DNA of 44,382 nucleotides. Origin: a virus. Its lineage: Duplodnaviria > Caudoviricetes. Location of the stretch: IMG/VR virus record IMGVR_UViG_3300036783_000149, positions 1-44,382 of that record; one strand, given 5' to 3'. A program made the position numbers and the translations under genes. Below, one piece after another: positions 18,680 through 26,760 of this stretch. Numbering within the stretch: the first letter of the stretch is position 1; each line of letters begins with the position of its first letter. A model generated the notes under the pieces. That model made no database searches. It was not told the DNA's origin and worked only from the letters and a program-made list of their open reading frames with translations.

Positions 18680-19705
18680 TTATCGTACCACCGAGATGAT
18701 GTGAGTGTATCCTTCTGGTCCGCGCAAGCGGACACCATTATCTTTGATACACATATGGGTTCGCCCTATTAATCCCCGTTTTAGTAGTTTGGGGTCGAGC
18801 TTCACCATTATAGTCTCATGTTCATGTGAGGGAAGCAGAATCTCTTCCTCGATACGCGCGCCTTGGTGCATCGATATCAAGTACAACAATTCTCTGTTGA
18901 TTGAGAGCGCAATTGGAGCGTCTTTAATAGACACTCGATCAAGTGCTGCTTCCAACTCCTCCGGGATCACAATGTCGGGGCCGTCGATCCTGGCCATGAT
19001 GTTGTCCCAGTTTGGCATCTTGGGACATTCGATCAAATTGCCGGTGACAGTGGCATTCTTGGTAGTAAAGCCAATTGCATTATCTGTGAGATACAAACAC
19101 TCCTTACCACCTAATGGTATAAACTTGAACATCTGCCTGATAAAGGAAATTGGTACCACGGCGAAGTCATCAAAACCAAATGACCATTCCTCAGGAGGAT
19201 CGATTCTTTGTTCGGATAATGTGAAGTCATCGGTGGCATATAATTTCATAAAGACACCGTAATTGGCAAAGAACACTCCCATCTTTGCCGGCACGGCTGA
19301 TTTAGGATCGTGTGAAATTATGACGCGTGAGAGTCCAACCAGAAAGTTGTGATCTAGTGACAGTCGTTCGCTGGGTGTTGGTGGTGTCGGTATTATACAC
19401 CGCTGCGGGTCCAACAGTGGGAAGGTGTAGCGGGAGCGCCCGGCTGACACTGCTAGAGATTTGTCTTCTGGTTTGAGTGTCACTGACGGACTGGTGGTTT
19501 TGTCGAGCCAATCTAAGAATGAATGTGGAACACCACCTGAGATTTCTAGATCGAACGGCGTGTTGATTGTCAAGTGACCATTAAAGGCACTGATTTGGTG
19601 ACCATCGAACCAATAATGCCCCATCTCAATGGCGCGGTTCTGTGTCGCCAAGGCCGGTTTGCAAATATCCAATGCCTCGATCAATTCACTTCGTTTTACT
19701 TGCAT
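18680..19705 (-). CDS. DNA sliding clamp (beta/DnaN-like)
   Basis: Size about 340 aa; ATD...L, PNWD, L..ALDRV patterns; next to polymerase and clamp loader. Confidence 0.75.
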   Translation of the reverse strand: MQVKRSELIEALDICKPALATQNRAIEMGHYWFDGHQISAFNGHLTINTPFDLEISGGVPHSFLDWLDKTTSPSVTLKPEDKSLAVSAGRSRYTFPLLDPQRCIIPTPPTPSERLSLDHNFLVGLSRVIISHDPKSAVPAKMGVFFANYGVFMKLYATDDFTLSEQRIDPPEEWSFGFDDFAVVPISFIRQMFKFIPLGGKECLYLTDNAIGFTTKNATVTGNLIECPKMPNWDNIMARIDGPDIVIPEELEAALDRVSIKDAPIALSINRELLYLISMHQGARIEEEILLPSHEHETIMVKLDPKLLKRGLIGRTHMCIKDNGVRLRGPEGYTHIISVVR

Positions 19706-19723
19706 CCCAAATTCCAAGCAAAT

Positions 19724-19753
19724 AAAAAGGCGATGACCCGAAGATCATCGCCT
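19724..19753 (-). terminator. Intrinsic terminator
   Basis: aggcgatga/tcatcgcct stem followed by U-tract on minus strand. Confidence 0.7.
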
Positions 19754-19777
19754 GTTTTATCCTTGGTGTCTACTTGA

Positions 19778-20374
19778 TTATGCAGCCTGAACCTGCTGCG
19801 GCTGTTCTTGTACCGGTTGTGCCTGCACCCCCGGCTGAGCCTGCTGCGGCTGACCCTGAAGGATGCTACGGGCGATGTTGAACGAGTTCGCAGCCTGCTT
19901 GATCGCGGAATCGCTGTATTGATGCTGATAGCGTTCGTTGACCATATTGCGGACTTGTTCAATCGTGGCTTCCCGTGGGTTCTCCAGGGTTGCCATGACC
20001 GTCATAATCCGGGTGACAGCATCCTCACCCTTGATCCGCCTGCGGCCAGGAACCTTCACAGGAGGCGGCTTGGTGATGTCATGCCGGCTCAAGGTAAGGT
20101 CAAGCCCCGGCAGTCCCGGCAGGGAGCGCGGACGCTTCTTGTTCAGATTGCTGCGCACCACCTGAGAGGTGTTGTTCAGCCACATCTTCACGCTTTCGGG
20201 AAGCTCGTTATACTCTTCCTCCGAATAGTCGTTGAGTGCCTTGGCTGCGCGAAGCTTGAACTCCTCGGCAGTCTCCTCTTGACTCTTTTCGGTCTGAAGA
20301 ATCAGGCAAACTTGATTAAACACCGATCCGGGGCGAGTGGGCTGGGGAGCGGCTTGGGTATGGACTTCCGACAT
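19778..20374 (-). CDS. Hypothetical, probably highly expressed DNA-binding protein
   Basis: Own promoter and terminator; GC3-rich codons; basic region plus helical C-domain. Confidence 0.7.
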   Translation of the reverse strand: MSEVHTQAAPQPTRPGSVFNQVCLILQTEKSQEETAEEFKLRAAKALNDYSEEEYNELPESVKMWLNNTSQVVRSNLNKKRPRSLPGLPGLDLTLSRHDITKPPPVKVPGRRRIKGEDAVTRIMTVMATLENPREATIEQVRNMVNERYQHQYSDSAIKQAANSFNIARSILQGQPQQAQPGVQAQPVQEQPQQVQAA

Positions 20375-20414
20375 TGCTAGTCTTCCTACACACAAAGTTG
20401 GTTAACAGTTACTA

Positions 20415-20443
20415 AGTGTAGTGACCGCAAAATCGGTAATCAA
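20415..20443 (-). promoter_or_regulatory. sigma70-type promoter
   Basis: TTGATT-17 nt-TACACT with AT-rich upstream tract. Confidence 0.65.
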
Positions 20444-20486
20444 GGGGCCAATTCTTATTTCAAAACAAGAAAATCTTATTTATATT

Positions 20487-20678
20487 TCATCGCAGCACTT
20501 CTACCGGGTCGTCTCGGTCGTAAAATCCCCGTAGGAAGATGTCCTGCTCCTGGGCGGTGAACTTAAAGAACTCGGTGAAAACATCTATAGGGTGTCTAGG
20601 GTCATCATTTAGTTTAGCCGCTAGCCGGCCTAAAATCCTGATCTGGGCCGCAGACATCTTGGGAGGCATTACTAACAC
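20487..20678 (-). CDS. Small hypothetical protein
   Basis: ORF following primase. Confidence 0.5.
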   Translation of the reverse strand: MLVMPPKMSAAQIRILGRLAAKLNDDPRHPIDVFTEFFKFTAQEQDIFLRGFYDRDDPVEVLR

Positions 20679-20697
20679 CTAATACCAAAGTGGTGGA

Positions 20698-21693
20698 TCA
20701 ATTAAGAAACATGGTGGAGAAAGTTTTGCGGTTGAGTTCACCAGGGTCTTTGATAAATAAAGGTAGTGGTGTCAACCGGAACCCAGCCGATTCGAGACTG
20801 GCAAAATTGCCGCGCGGGTTCATGTGATCCACGGTGCCGGCGTCAAGCAGTAAAATCTTCTGATCGAAATTCTCTAAGGACTCGAGTAAATCCCGCTGCT
20901 TATCAGTAATCGACTTGCCGAATACAGTAGTCCCATAGATGTCCTCGCCTTCACCCAAGTAATTGATTTTGAGGGCATCGAATGGTCCCTCGCATACCAC
21001 CAGGGTGCCGCGCGCCTGCTTAAGCTGGTCGTACCATAGGATGGTGTCCTTGATCGTCACCAAGGCCGGCGGCGACTTCTCCTCGTATAGGGATAAGGTG
21101 TCATAGCGGATCGGTGATCCGCCGCAGTGCCTTCCGGTCCATGTTACTAATTTGCGATCTAGTGTCACCGGGAAGATGATGCGGCCATGCCACCTACCAC
21201 CATCGGCGCAGCCTCTCAGGTTGAACCGGCGCGATAGGTAGGGAATATCCTCGGGCTCAAAGCCGCGTCTTGACATATAAGTCATGAACATCCGCCCGCT
21301 ACCACTAGGGCGAATCGGTGAGAACGAATCGGGAAGTCTAAGATTCCGCTTTGGTTCCATAGGCTCTTCCGGGGGATCGAACATTGCCCGAAGCCTATCT
21401 AACATGTTCTCATCGGAGGGTAATTCAACCTCTCGTTCTACCAATGAGTCGGCAAAAGCAAATGAGCATCGCAGCAGCCTTTGTATTAAGGGCTGCGGTG
21501 CGATGCCCCGGTGGCTTTCAATACGAAAACAGTGCCATCCTTTTCCGAGTAATGAAATATGGAGATTATATCCAGTGTCGTTCGGACACCAGCAACAATT
21601 GATTCCTACGTTATTCGCAGTGACATGATAGCGACTGGCTGTCGTATATTCTATGTTGTGTTGACTGAGGAACTTGATCCAATCAAATGACAT
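20698..21693 (-). CDS. DNA primase (Zn finger + Toprim)
   Basis: CCWC...HCF, RIIFP, GR, VVCEGPFDA, LLD, KDPG. Confidence 0.88.
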   Translation of the reverse strand: MSFDWIKFLSQHNIEYTTASRYHVTANNVGINCCWCPNDTGYNLHISLLGKGWHCFRIESHRGIAPQPLIQRLLRCSFAFADSLVEREVELPSDENMLDRLRAMFDPPEEPMEPKRNLRLPDSFSPIRPSGSGRMFMTYMSRRGFEPEDIPYLSRRFNLRGCADGGRWHGRIIFPVTLDRKLVTWTGRHCGGSPIRYDTLSLYEEKSPPALVTIKDTILWYDQLKQARGTLVVCEGPFDALKINYLGEGEDIYGTTVFGKSITDKQRDLLESLENFDQKILLLDAGTVDHMNPRGNFASLESAGFRLTPLPLFIKDPGELNRKTFSTMFLN

Positions 21694-22216
21694 GCTTTGC
21701 GCTCTTCCTATTCTTAACTCTGGAAATTAGATCAACAGGAACTCCAAATTTGTCCGCGAAATAAACTCCCAGTCCATAAGTTGATGTTCCTTTCTCCTTA
21801 GCAGTATTAAATACACTTCTTATTTCTCTAATCTGTTCGCTTGTTAGCCATCTTTTGTTCAATCCAGTGTCATAACCGTGTTGTATTTGTTGAGCAGGGG
21901 TTACCCATTCTAGATTTAAGTAAACACAATCTGTTTTGACCCCATTTTTGTGATTTACCTCAGCATCTGCGAATGGTTTTGGTCCAAGAAAATGTTCTGC
22001 TACTAATATATGTACGTACACCTTCGTCCTATCAGATAGGGCAACACGGGTATATGGATTCGATTTATTAGTCAGTGGTTTTAGTAGTTTTCCTTTTAAT
22101 GATCTGGGATAATAGCCACCATGAGGGTCGATCCTATCTAGTGAGCGAACCCTTCCTAAATTAGATACTTGATACGCGCCTTCGTAGCCTTTTATATCAA
22201 CCCAGATTTCCTCCAA
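21683..22216 (-). CDS. NUMOD4-HNH homing endonuclease (free-standing)
   Basis: EIW.DI.GYEG.YQVSN.GRVRS; VH.LVA..F; VNHKNG.K...NLEW; TTG start behind AAGGAGG. Confidence 0.9.
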   Translation of the reverse strand: MEEIWVDIKGYEGAYQVSNLGRVRSLDRIDPHGGYYPRSLKGKLLKPLTNKSNPYTRVALSDRTKVYVHILVAEHFLGPKPFADAEVNHKNGVKTDCVYLNLEWVTPAQQIQHGYDTGLNKRWLTSEQIREIRSVFNTAKEKGTSTYGLGVYFADKFGVPVDLISRVKNRKSAKHVI

Positions 22217-22226
22217 TTTATCCTCC

Positions 22227-22257
22227 TTGGGTGTGGTAGTTCCCCTACCACACCCAA
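22227..22257. promoter_or_regulatory. Perfect 13-bp hairpin abutting the HNH RBS
   Basis: ttgggtgtggtag-ttccc-ctaccacacccaa. Confidence 0.6.
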
Positions 22258-22264
22258 TCAAAAC

Positions 22265-22567
22265 TCATACCAACAGGCGCTCCCGTTCCCGGTCGATGGC
22301 TTCTTGTACAAAATTCAGAACTTGATACTTCTTACGAGAAGGCTGGTCATTCCAGTCGGTGAGTTCATTAGTACGGAGAAAGCCAAAAGCGCGCAGCATT
22401 TCAGTGGGATGAAGGCCAACTTTGTTACTCGCGCCGACTAGGCAGTGCTTTCTTCCGTTATCTATACTCAGATAGCATTTGCACCAGCCACCTCGGCGGC
22501 TTAGTAACTGGTGTACCTGCTCCAGCTTTTGGATGGTGTCATTGGTTGGTATTGCATCGAACGGCAT
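22265..22567 (-). CDS. Hypothetical protein
   Basis: GW....CLVGA...WND.P.R motif. Confidence 0.7.
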   Translation of the reverse strand: MPFDAIPTNDTIQKLEQVHQLLSRRGGWCKCYLSIDNGRKHCLVGASNKVGLHPTEMLRAFGFLRTNELTDWNDQPSRKKYQVLNFVQEAIDRERERLLV

Positions 22568-22569
22568 GG

Positions 22570-23040
22570 TTATTCCTCATCTTTAATAGTTGATCTACCA
22601 CCTAGTACCGGTGACTTGACGCGGACTCCAACCATTTCATGCGGCGATTTCTGGTAGGTATAACCTCCCCTTGTTGAGGATCGTGAGGAGTATTTGTTCT
22701 GTCGTTTTGGTTTGTGGTATATAGGTAATAATGTGTATGAGCCCTCGGCAAAGGAACCGCCTTTGTCGGTAGCTACCATTTCGGTCCTGGCTGCGCCACT
22801 TGTAACATAGCGTAGCCAGTGGTCACGGTCCTTGAATTTAACATAGGTACGCGATAGGTGAACGCGGGCTCGCTCGCATTCTAGCTCACGCACGCATGCC
22901 TTGGCAATGGCGCAGTTCTCCGGGTCTTTGCGTACTTGTGACCGGATGTCAGTACTAATGACTCTTAGAATAATCGGTGCCGTAGCATCATATATCGGCA
23001 ATCCGTCGAGCAACAATGTATTCCGAAAGTCATTAGCCAT
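22570..23040 (-). CDS. Hypothetical protein
   Basis: CAIAKAC...W.RY motif. Confidence 0.7.
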   Translation of the reverse strand: MANDFRNTLLLDGLPIYDATAPIILRVISTDIRSQVRKDPENCAIAKACVRELECERARVHLSRTYVKFKDRDHWLRYVTSGAARTEMVATDKGGSFAEGSYTLLPIYHKPKRQNKYSSRSSTRGGYTYQKSPHEMVGVRVKSPVLGGRSTIKDEE

Positions 23041-23043
23041 GGC

Positions 23044-23352
23044 TTAATCCATCCTACAAATCTCGTGGCTTCCGTCAGGCTGGATTATAGCAACCCAAGC
23101 ATGCTCGTAAAAGCGGATTGTTTCATCCCGTAGTTTGGTTTCCCAAAGCAACCGGGTTTCCGGGTCTTCCGGGTACTTTAGGTTCCCGTTGGGCAGCATG
23201 GTGAAGCCTTGAAACGGTGACCAGCCGCCGGCATGTCCGTAATTCGTGTTGAATTGTTCACGTGCCGGGCGCGGGTCTTCTTCACTGATAAAGCTGGGAA
23301 GAAATCCCAACATCTCAATGGAGGCTTGTGGGTGTTTCTGTATCCAAATCAT
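23044..23352 (-). CDS. Conserved phage hypothetical
   Basis: DPRPAREQF..NY...GGW...YP.DP...RMD. Confidence 0.7.
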   Translation of the reverse strand: MIWIQKHPQASIEMLGFLPSFISEEDPRPAREQFNTNYGHAGGWSPFQGFTMLPNGNLKYPEDPETRLLWETKLRDETIRFYEHAWVAIIQPDGSHEICRMD

Positions 23353-23636
23353 CTTCTTACTCCTGTGGTTAATAGTTCTTCAAGTCGTTGTTCAATTGTA
23401 GACAGTCTTTGGTCGATTGTATTTATCCGCTCCTCTAGACGCTGTTCAAATGAATTTACTATTCTATCGATGCTGGTTGTTGCTTCAACCATCTGACGAG
23501 TTAGGACTTGGATTACAGTTTGATAGCTTGCCTCCCGCTGTTCATCGCGAAGGCGCATTGTTTGCAGACCTTCACGAAGTTCTATCTTCATGGCTTCTAT
23601 TAGTTTTAGTAAATACCCAAGATCAACTTCTGGCAT
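23349..23636 (-). CDS. Coiled-coil protein
   Basis: Heptad repeats (FEQRLEERINTIDQRL). Confidence 0.65.
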   Translation of the reverse strand: MPEVDLGYLLKLIEAMKIELREGLQTMRLRDEQREASYQTVIQVLTRQMVEATTSIDRIVNSFEQRLEERINTIDQRLSTIEQRLEELLTTGVRR

Positions 23637-23639
23637 GTC

Positions 23640-23759
23640 CTATTTCCAATGTATGTTAACGGTTATCGTTTGTGGTGGTCGTGGAATCCAACTGACTATA
23701 TATGATAAGGCGAAAAAAGCCATCATTGTTACTATCATGGCAATGATGGCTTCTCTCAT
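23640..23759 (-). CDS. Small membrane protein (39 aa, MREAIIAMIVTMMAFFALSYIV...)
   Basis: Read manually; AGGAG RBS directly after the array. Confidence 0.5.
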   Translation of the reverse strand: MREAIIAMIVTMMAFFALSYIVSWIPRPPQTITVNIHWK

Positions 23760-23773
23760 TCGTGCTCCTGTTT

Positions 23774-24126
23774 TAGTTCTCGCTGAGTTCAGGACTCGCG
23801 CAAGTCAAAATCTAGTTCTCGTTGGGCATTAGGCTCGCGTTCCTTTTTGAGTTCACGCCTTCCTCCAAGGCTCGCGCTCGGCGTGGGGTTCTCGCTGATT
23901 TTTGGGCTCGTGCTTCTTACGGGGTTCACGCTGGTGGCATGACTCACGCATATCACCGAGTTCTCGCGGGATATCAGGGTTCGCGCTCTAATGGGGGTTC
24001 TCGCATTGTATTGGGCTCGCGCTTATACATGGGTTCTCGCGTCACACAAGGCTCGCGCCTTACTTCAGGTTCTCGCTCGGTGCAGGGCTCGCGGCATCAA
24101 TCAGGGTTCTCGCCCAGTAATTGGCT
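23774..24126 (-). repeat. TIGR-like dual-repeat array, downstream (10 units)
   Basis: gttc(t/a)cgc at 23776, 23815, 23851, 23888, 23924, 23960, 23997, 24033, 24069, 24106, alternating with ggctcgcgc; unique spacers of about 9 nt; period mostly 36-37 nt. Confidence 0.88.
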
Positions 24127-24127
24127 C

Positions 24128-24988
24128 CTACCGAAACGGCGGTGGAATATAACCGCTGTGTCCCAACTTCTCAATTGGAAATGGAGCACGAACCGGTTGA
24201 CCAGTCCTTTCCAACCATATTTCATTCATATGGCTGAGAAAGATTTTGACAGCATAGCGCCGCGCCCGCGCATCAATATGTCCCGGCGGTAGTTTGCCGG
24301 TACTGTAATGCTTGTAGGCTTCAGTGGTCTTGCCGACTCGGGTCATCCATTCTGCGGCGATTTCACTACGCTTACCGCTTTCGCTCATATTGACTTCAAA
24401 CTCTTTGCGCTGGCGGTATAGCTTACCGTAAAAGCAATCATCCCGCCCGCTGAACTTCATAAACGATTGTCCAGAATGCCAGCAGATGGTTTTGAGTCTA
24501 GTGTTGTAGGGACGAAGCTCGCCCTTGTTCCACTTCTTTTGGTCTTTGCCGGCGATGCCAGCAAATTGGTATATCTTACCGGCAGTAGGACGCGGGCCTT
24601 CAAGATGAGCAATGATGCCGGCAGAGATGACCGGACCAATACCAACAACCTGCCGCATCCAATCCCCCATGACATGGCCACGGGTGAATTGATCAAGTGA
24701 CCGTTTGATTTGTCCTTCTAGAGCACTCGACTGCTCAAACAACCAATCGAGTAGGACATGCGGTTCCGGGTGTTGGCCTTTGACATCGGCACCTTTGTCC
24801 AAGGCAAGTCCTTGGCTGTTTGCCCGTTTGCGTTGATTCTGGATGGCGTAGTATTGATCAACCAGAAATCGAGCTTCACCAATACCCATTACACGTGATG
24901 CTGTTGCCAGATCACGCGACAATCGTTTAATGGAAGGAAGATGCTCCGTCCATGTATCATCATCAAATTGTTGGTCTTCAAAGGTCAT
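24128..24988 (-). CDS. Nop-domain/IS110-related RNA-guided protein, TasA-like (no nuclease domain)
   Basis: 286 aa from MTFEDQQ (AGGAG RBS); coiled coil, GIGPVISAGII, FAGIA, YN..LK..CW, GHID.RARR..VK.FL; no RuvC DEDD domain, no catalytic SG motif; flanked by arrays. Confidence 0.8.
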   Translation of the reverse strand: MTFEDQQFDDDTWTEHLPSIKRLSRDLATASRVMGIGEARFLVDQYYAIQNQRKRANSQGLALDKGADVKGQHPEPHVLLDWLFEQSSALEGQIKRSLDQFTRGHVMGDWMRQVVGIGPVISAGIIAHLEGPRPTAGKIYQFAGIAGKDQKKWNKGELRPYNTRLKTICWHSGQSFMKFSGRDDCFYGKLYRQRKEFEVNMSESGKRSEIAAEWMTRVGKTTEAYKHYSTGKLPPGHIDARARRYAVKIFLSHMNEIWLERTGQPVRAPFPIEKLGHSGYIPPPFR

Positions 24989-25000
24989 TGTACTTCTCCT

Positions 25001-25260
25001 TGGGTTAACGCACTTCGTTGGGTTCTCGCTTGGGCAATGGCTCGCGCTCTGCATTAGGTTCTCGCGAAGGCTTGGGCTCGCGCATACAGTAGAGTTCTCG
25101 CTTATAGAATGGCTCACGCGGCGAATCGGGTTCTCGCGGGTAAAGGGTTAGCGCCTTGCTTCAAGTTCTCGCTTCGAGTTTGGCTCACGCGGTGGTATGA
25201 GTTCTCGCACTGCATCGGGCTCGCGCTACCTTTCTGAGTTCTCGCGGTGTTCAAGGCTCC
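25001..25260 (-). repeat. TIGR-like dual-repeat array, upstream (7 units)
   Basis: gttctcgc at 25022, 25058, 25094, 25130, 25165, 25201, 25238, alternating with ggctc(g/a)cgc; 35-37 nt period. Confidence 0.88.
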
Positions 25261-25610
25261 CACCAGAAACATGGTGGTTCTCTATTTTCAAGTTGAATAT
25301 ATCCGTAACGCAATAGGACATCGGGTAGGAATTCATTGAATACGTTCTCGACAAATATACCAGCTAGACCCTCCTTTAATACAAGTTCTCGCATCAATAA
25401 GTCAAATTCCTTAAATTGCCCGGTCCTTCTTGTCTTGTCTTTTAGTATGCTATTGTTTGGTCTTTTTATATTCGTGATATTGGCCATGTCCAGACAATGT
25501 ACATGTCGATCATTAATAAAGCGTTGACTCTTGCGGACATAGACTTTCAAATTGCGGTAACGCACGTAGGCGTTTCTATTTGGTGAGATAAGAAACTCCT
25601 CCAGAGTCAA
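25251..25610 (-). CDS. Hypothetical, possible GNAT-fold protein
   Basis: LDMANI...RRTG.F...IFVENV.N..L...L.RYGY pattern. Confidence 0.6.
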   Translation of the reverse strand: MTLEEFLISPNRNAYVRYRNLKVYVRKSQRFINDRHVHCLDMANITNIKRPNNSILKDKTRRTGQFKEFDLLMRELVLKEGLAGIFVENVFNEFLPDVLLRYGYIQLENREPPCFWWEP

Positions 25611-26023
25611 GGCCAGAAGTCCTTATCTAATATCTGTTCAATTGTCCATGGACAGATTTGTGGTAAATGCAAAAGTCCGGTTTGGTCTTCCGCATCATCC
25701 CTTCCATGTTCATATGCCTTTGTCAGTTCCGACACTGCATAGGGACGGAGTGAAGGACTATCCCCTAGTACCAATCCCAATTCTCGGCGTTGTGTATTTA
25801 TTGTACTACGCCAACTACGGGATTGGTGTTCTGGTTGATAGGACCACTTTAGCAGATGGTGACAGATCAGTTTGAGTCGTGATAACACTTCACGTTTTTC
25901 AGAGCGACTCACAGACTCAATTTCCTCGGCTAAGTTATCCCAATCGAGTTGGTTATGATTGCGCTGACGTAACAATGCGGCTTGTTCTTCTGCCCAAGCA
26001 GAGAAATCACTTTCGTAGGTCAT
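25607..26023 (-). CDS. DUF29 family protein (second copy)
   Basis: YESDF..W.EEQA.LL, LDWDNL.EEIE, HLLKW, SRSW, DSPSL, CPWT.EQILD. Confidence 0.88.
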   Translation of the reverse strand: MTYESDFSAWAEEQAALLRQRNHNQLDWDNLAEEIESVSRSEKREVLSRLKLICHHLLKWSYQPEHQSRSWRSTINTQRRELGLVLGDSPSLRPYAVSELTKAYEHGRDDAEDQTGLLHLPQICPWTIEQILDKDFWP

Positions 26024-26082
26024 AATTATTTGGCTCTAAGTTGAAGGAGGCCATTGTCCCACAATAGCCTCTAGAAGTCAAT

Positions 26083-26571
26083 TCACTTGTTTAATAATTC
26101 TCCTTTTGGTAACGGACGCTGGCGATGTCCGGGAAGGTCAGAGACGGCATTATGTACGTCCCGTTCATCCCAACCAAATGGAATGCGGAGATTTTCATCT
26201 AGTACGCACCAGATATGATATTTGTTGGAGGTATCGACTTTCCGGCTTTCTGCCGGGTATATTTCAACACCTTCACACTCGGGACCAGCAAGTTGGTTTT
26301 TGATTTCTTGAAAGTCCCGCCAATCACGAAACAACACTTTACCATCCCGGCGGCGGATGTTGATTTGCATACAAGGTCCAAGCTTGGGATGTTCAAACCG
26401 TGCTACTGCTACTTGATACTTTTCGTTTACCCAGATCGCTTCGCGGCGCTCCTCATCCATAATGACTTTGGTAGCTTCCTCAATAGAGATGCCTTGGTGT
26501 TTGGCAGTCTTCTTGATCAGTTTGTCATCGTTCTTGAACCCATGAGGGTTGGCTTTTACTAACGGGGTCAC
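26083..26571 (-). CDS. Conserved phage protein (WRDFQ.IKN...E.YPAESR.VD family)
   Basis: RDWRDFQEIKNQL.G.E.EGVEIYPAESR.VD..N.YH.W. Confidence 0.8.
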   Translation of the reverse strand: MTPLVKANPHGFKNDDKLIKKTAKHQGISIEEATKVIMDEERREAIWVNEKYQVAVARFEHPKLGPCMQINIRRRDGKVLFRDWRDFQEIKNQLAGPECEGVEIYPAESRKVDTSNKYHIWCVLDENLRIPFGWDERDVHNAVSDLPGHRQRPLPKGELLNK

Positions 26572-26756
26572 GGTCTTACTCCTGAGAGATATCTAGCAAT
26601 GTGGTTAGATATCTCTTTTGCTAGATCATGGGTTTCGGCATTGGTATAGGTCAATCCCATTTCCCGTTGCCGCTGATCGGCTCGCTGTATATATTTGCGG
26701 CATAGAAACTCAAACCACATATCAGGATCGATCAGAGGCAACGGGTTATCATCCAT
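26568..26756 (-). CDS. Hypothetical protein
   Basis: Start MDDN; coupled. Confidence 0.5.
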   Translation of the reverse strand: MDDNPLPLIDPDMWFEFLCRKYIQRADQRQREMGLTYTNAETHDLAKEISNHIARYLSGVRP

Positions 26757-26760
26757 TGGG

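Noticed and set aside
23822-24292. Plus-strand GSR-repeat protein
   Set aside because: Artefact of translating the 18/36-nt repeats antisense; the same applies to 24930-25151 and 27263-27598
24128-25117. Active IS110 transposase of 329 aa
   Set aside because: The first 43 aa are translated repeat array; the real start is 24988 with an RBS; DEDD domain and catalytic serine motif are absent
23774-25260. CRISPR array
   Set aside because: Repeats are 9-10 nt and of two alternating types with spacers of about 9 nt; no cas genes
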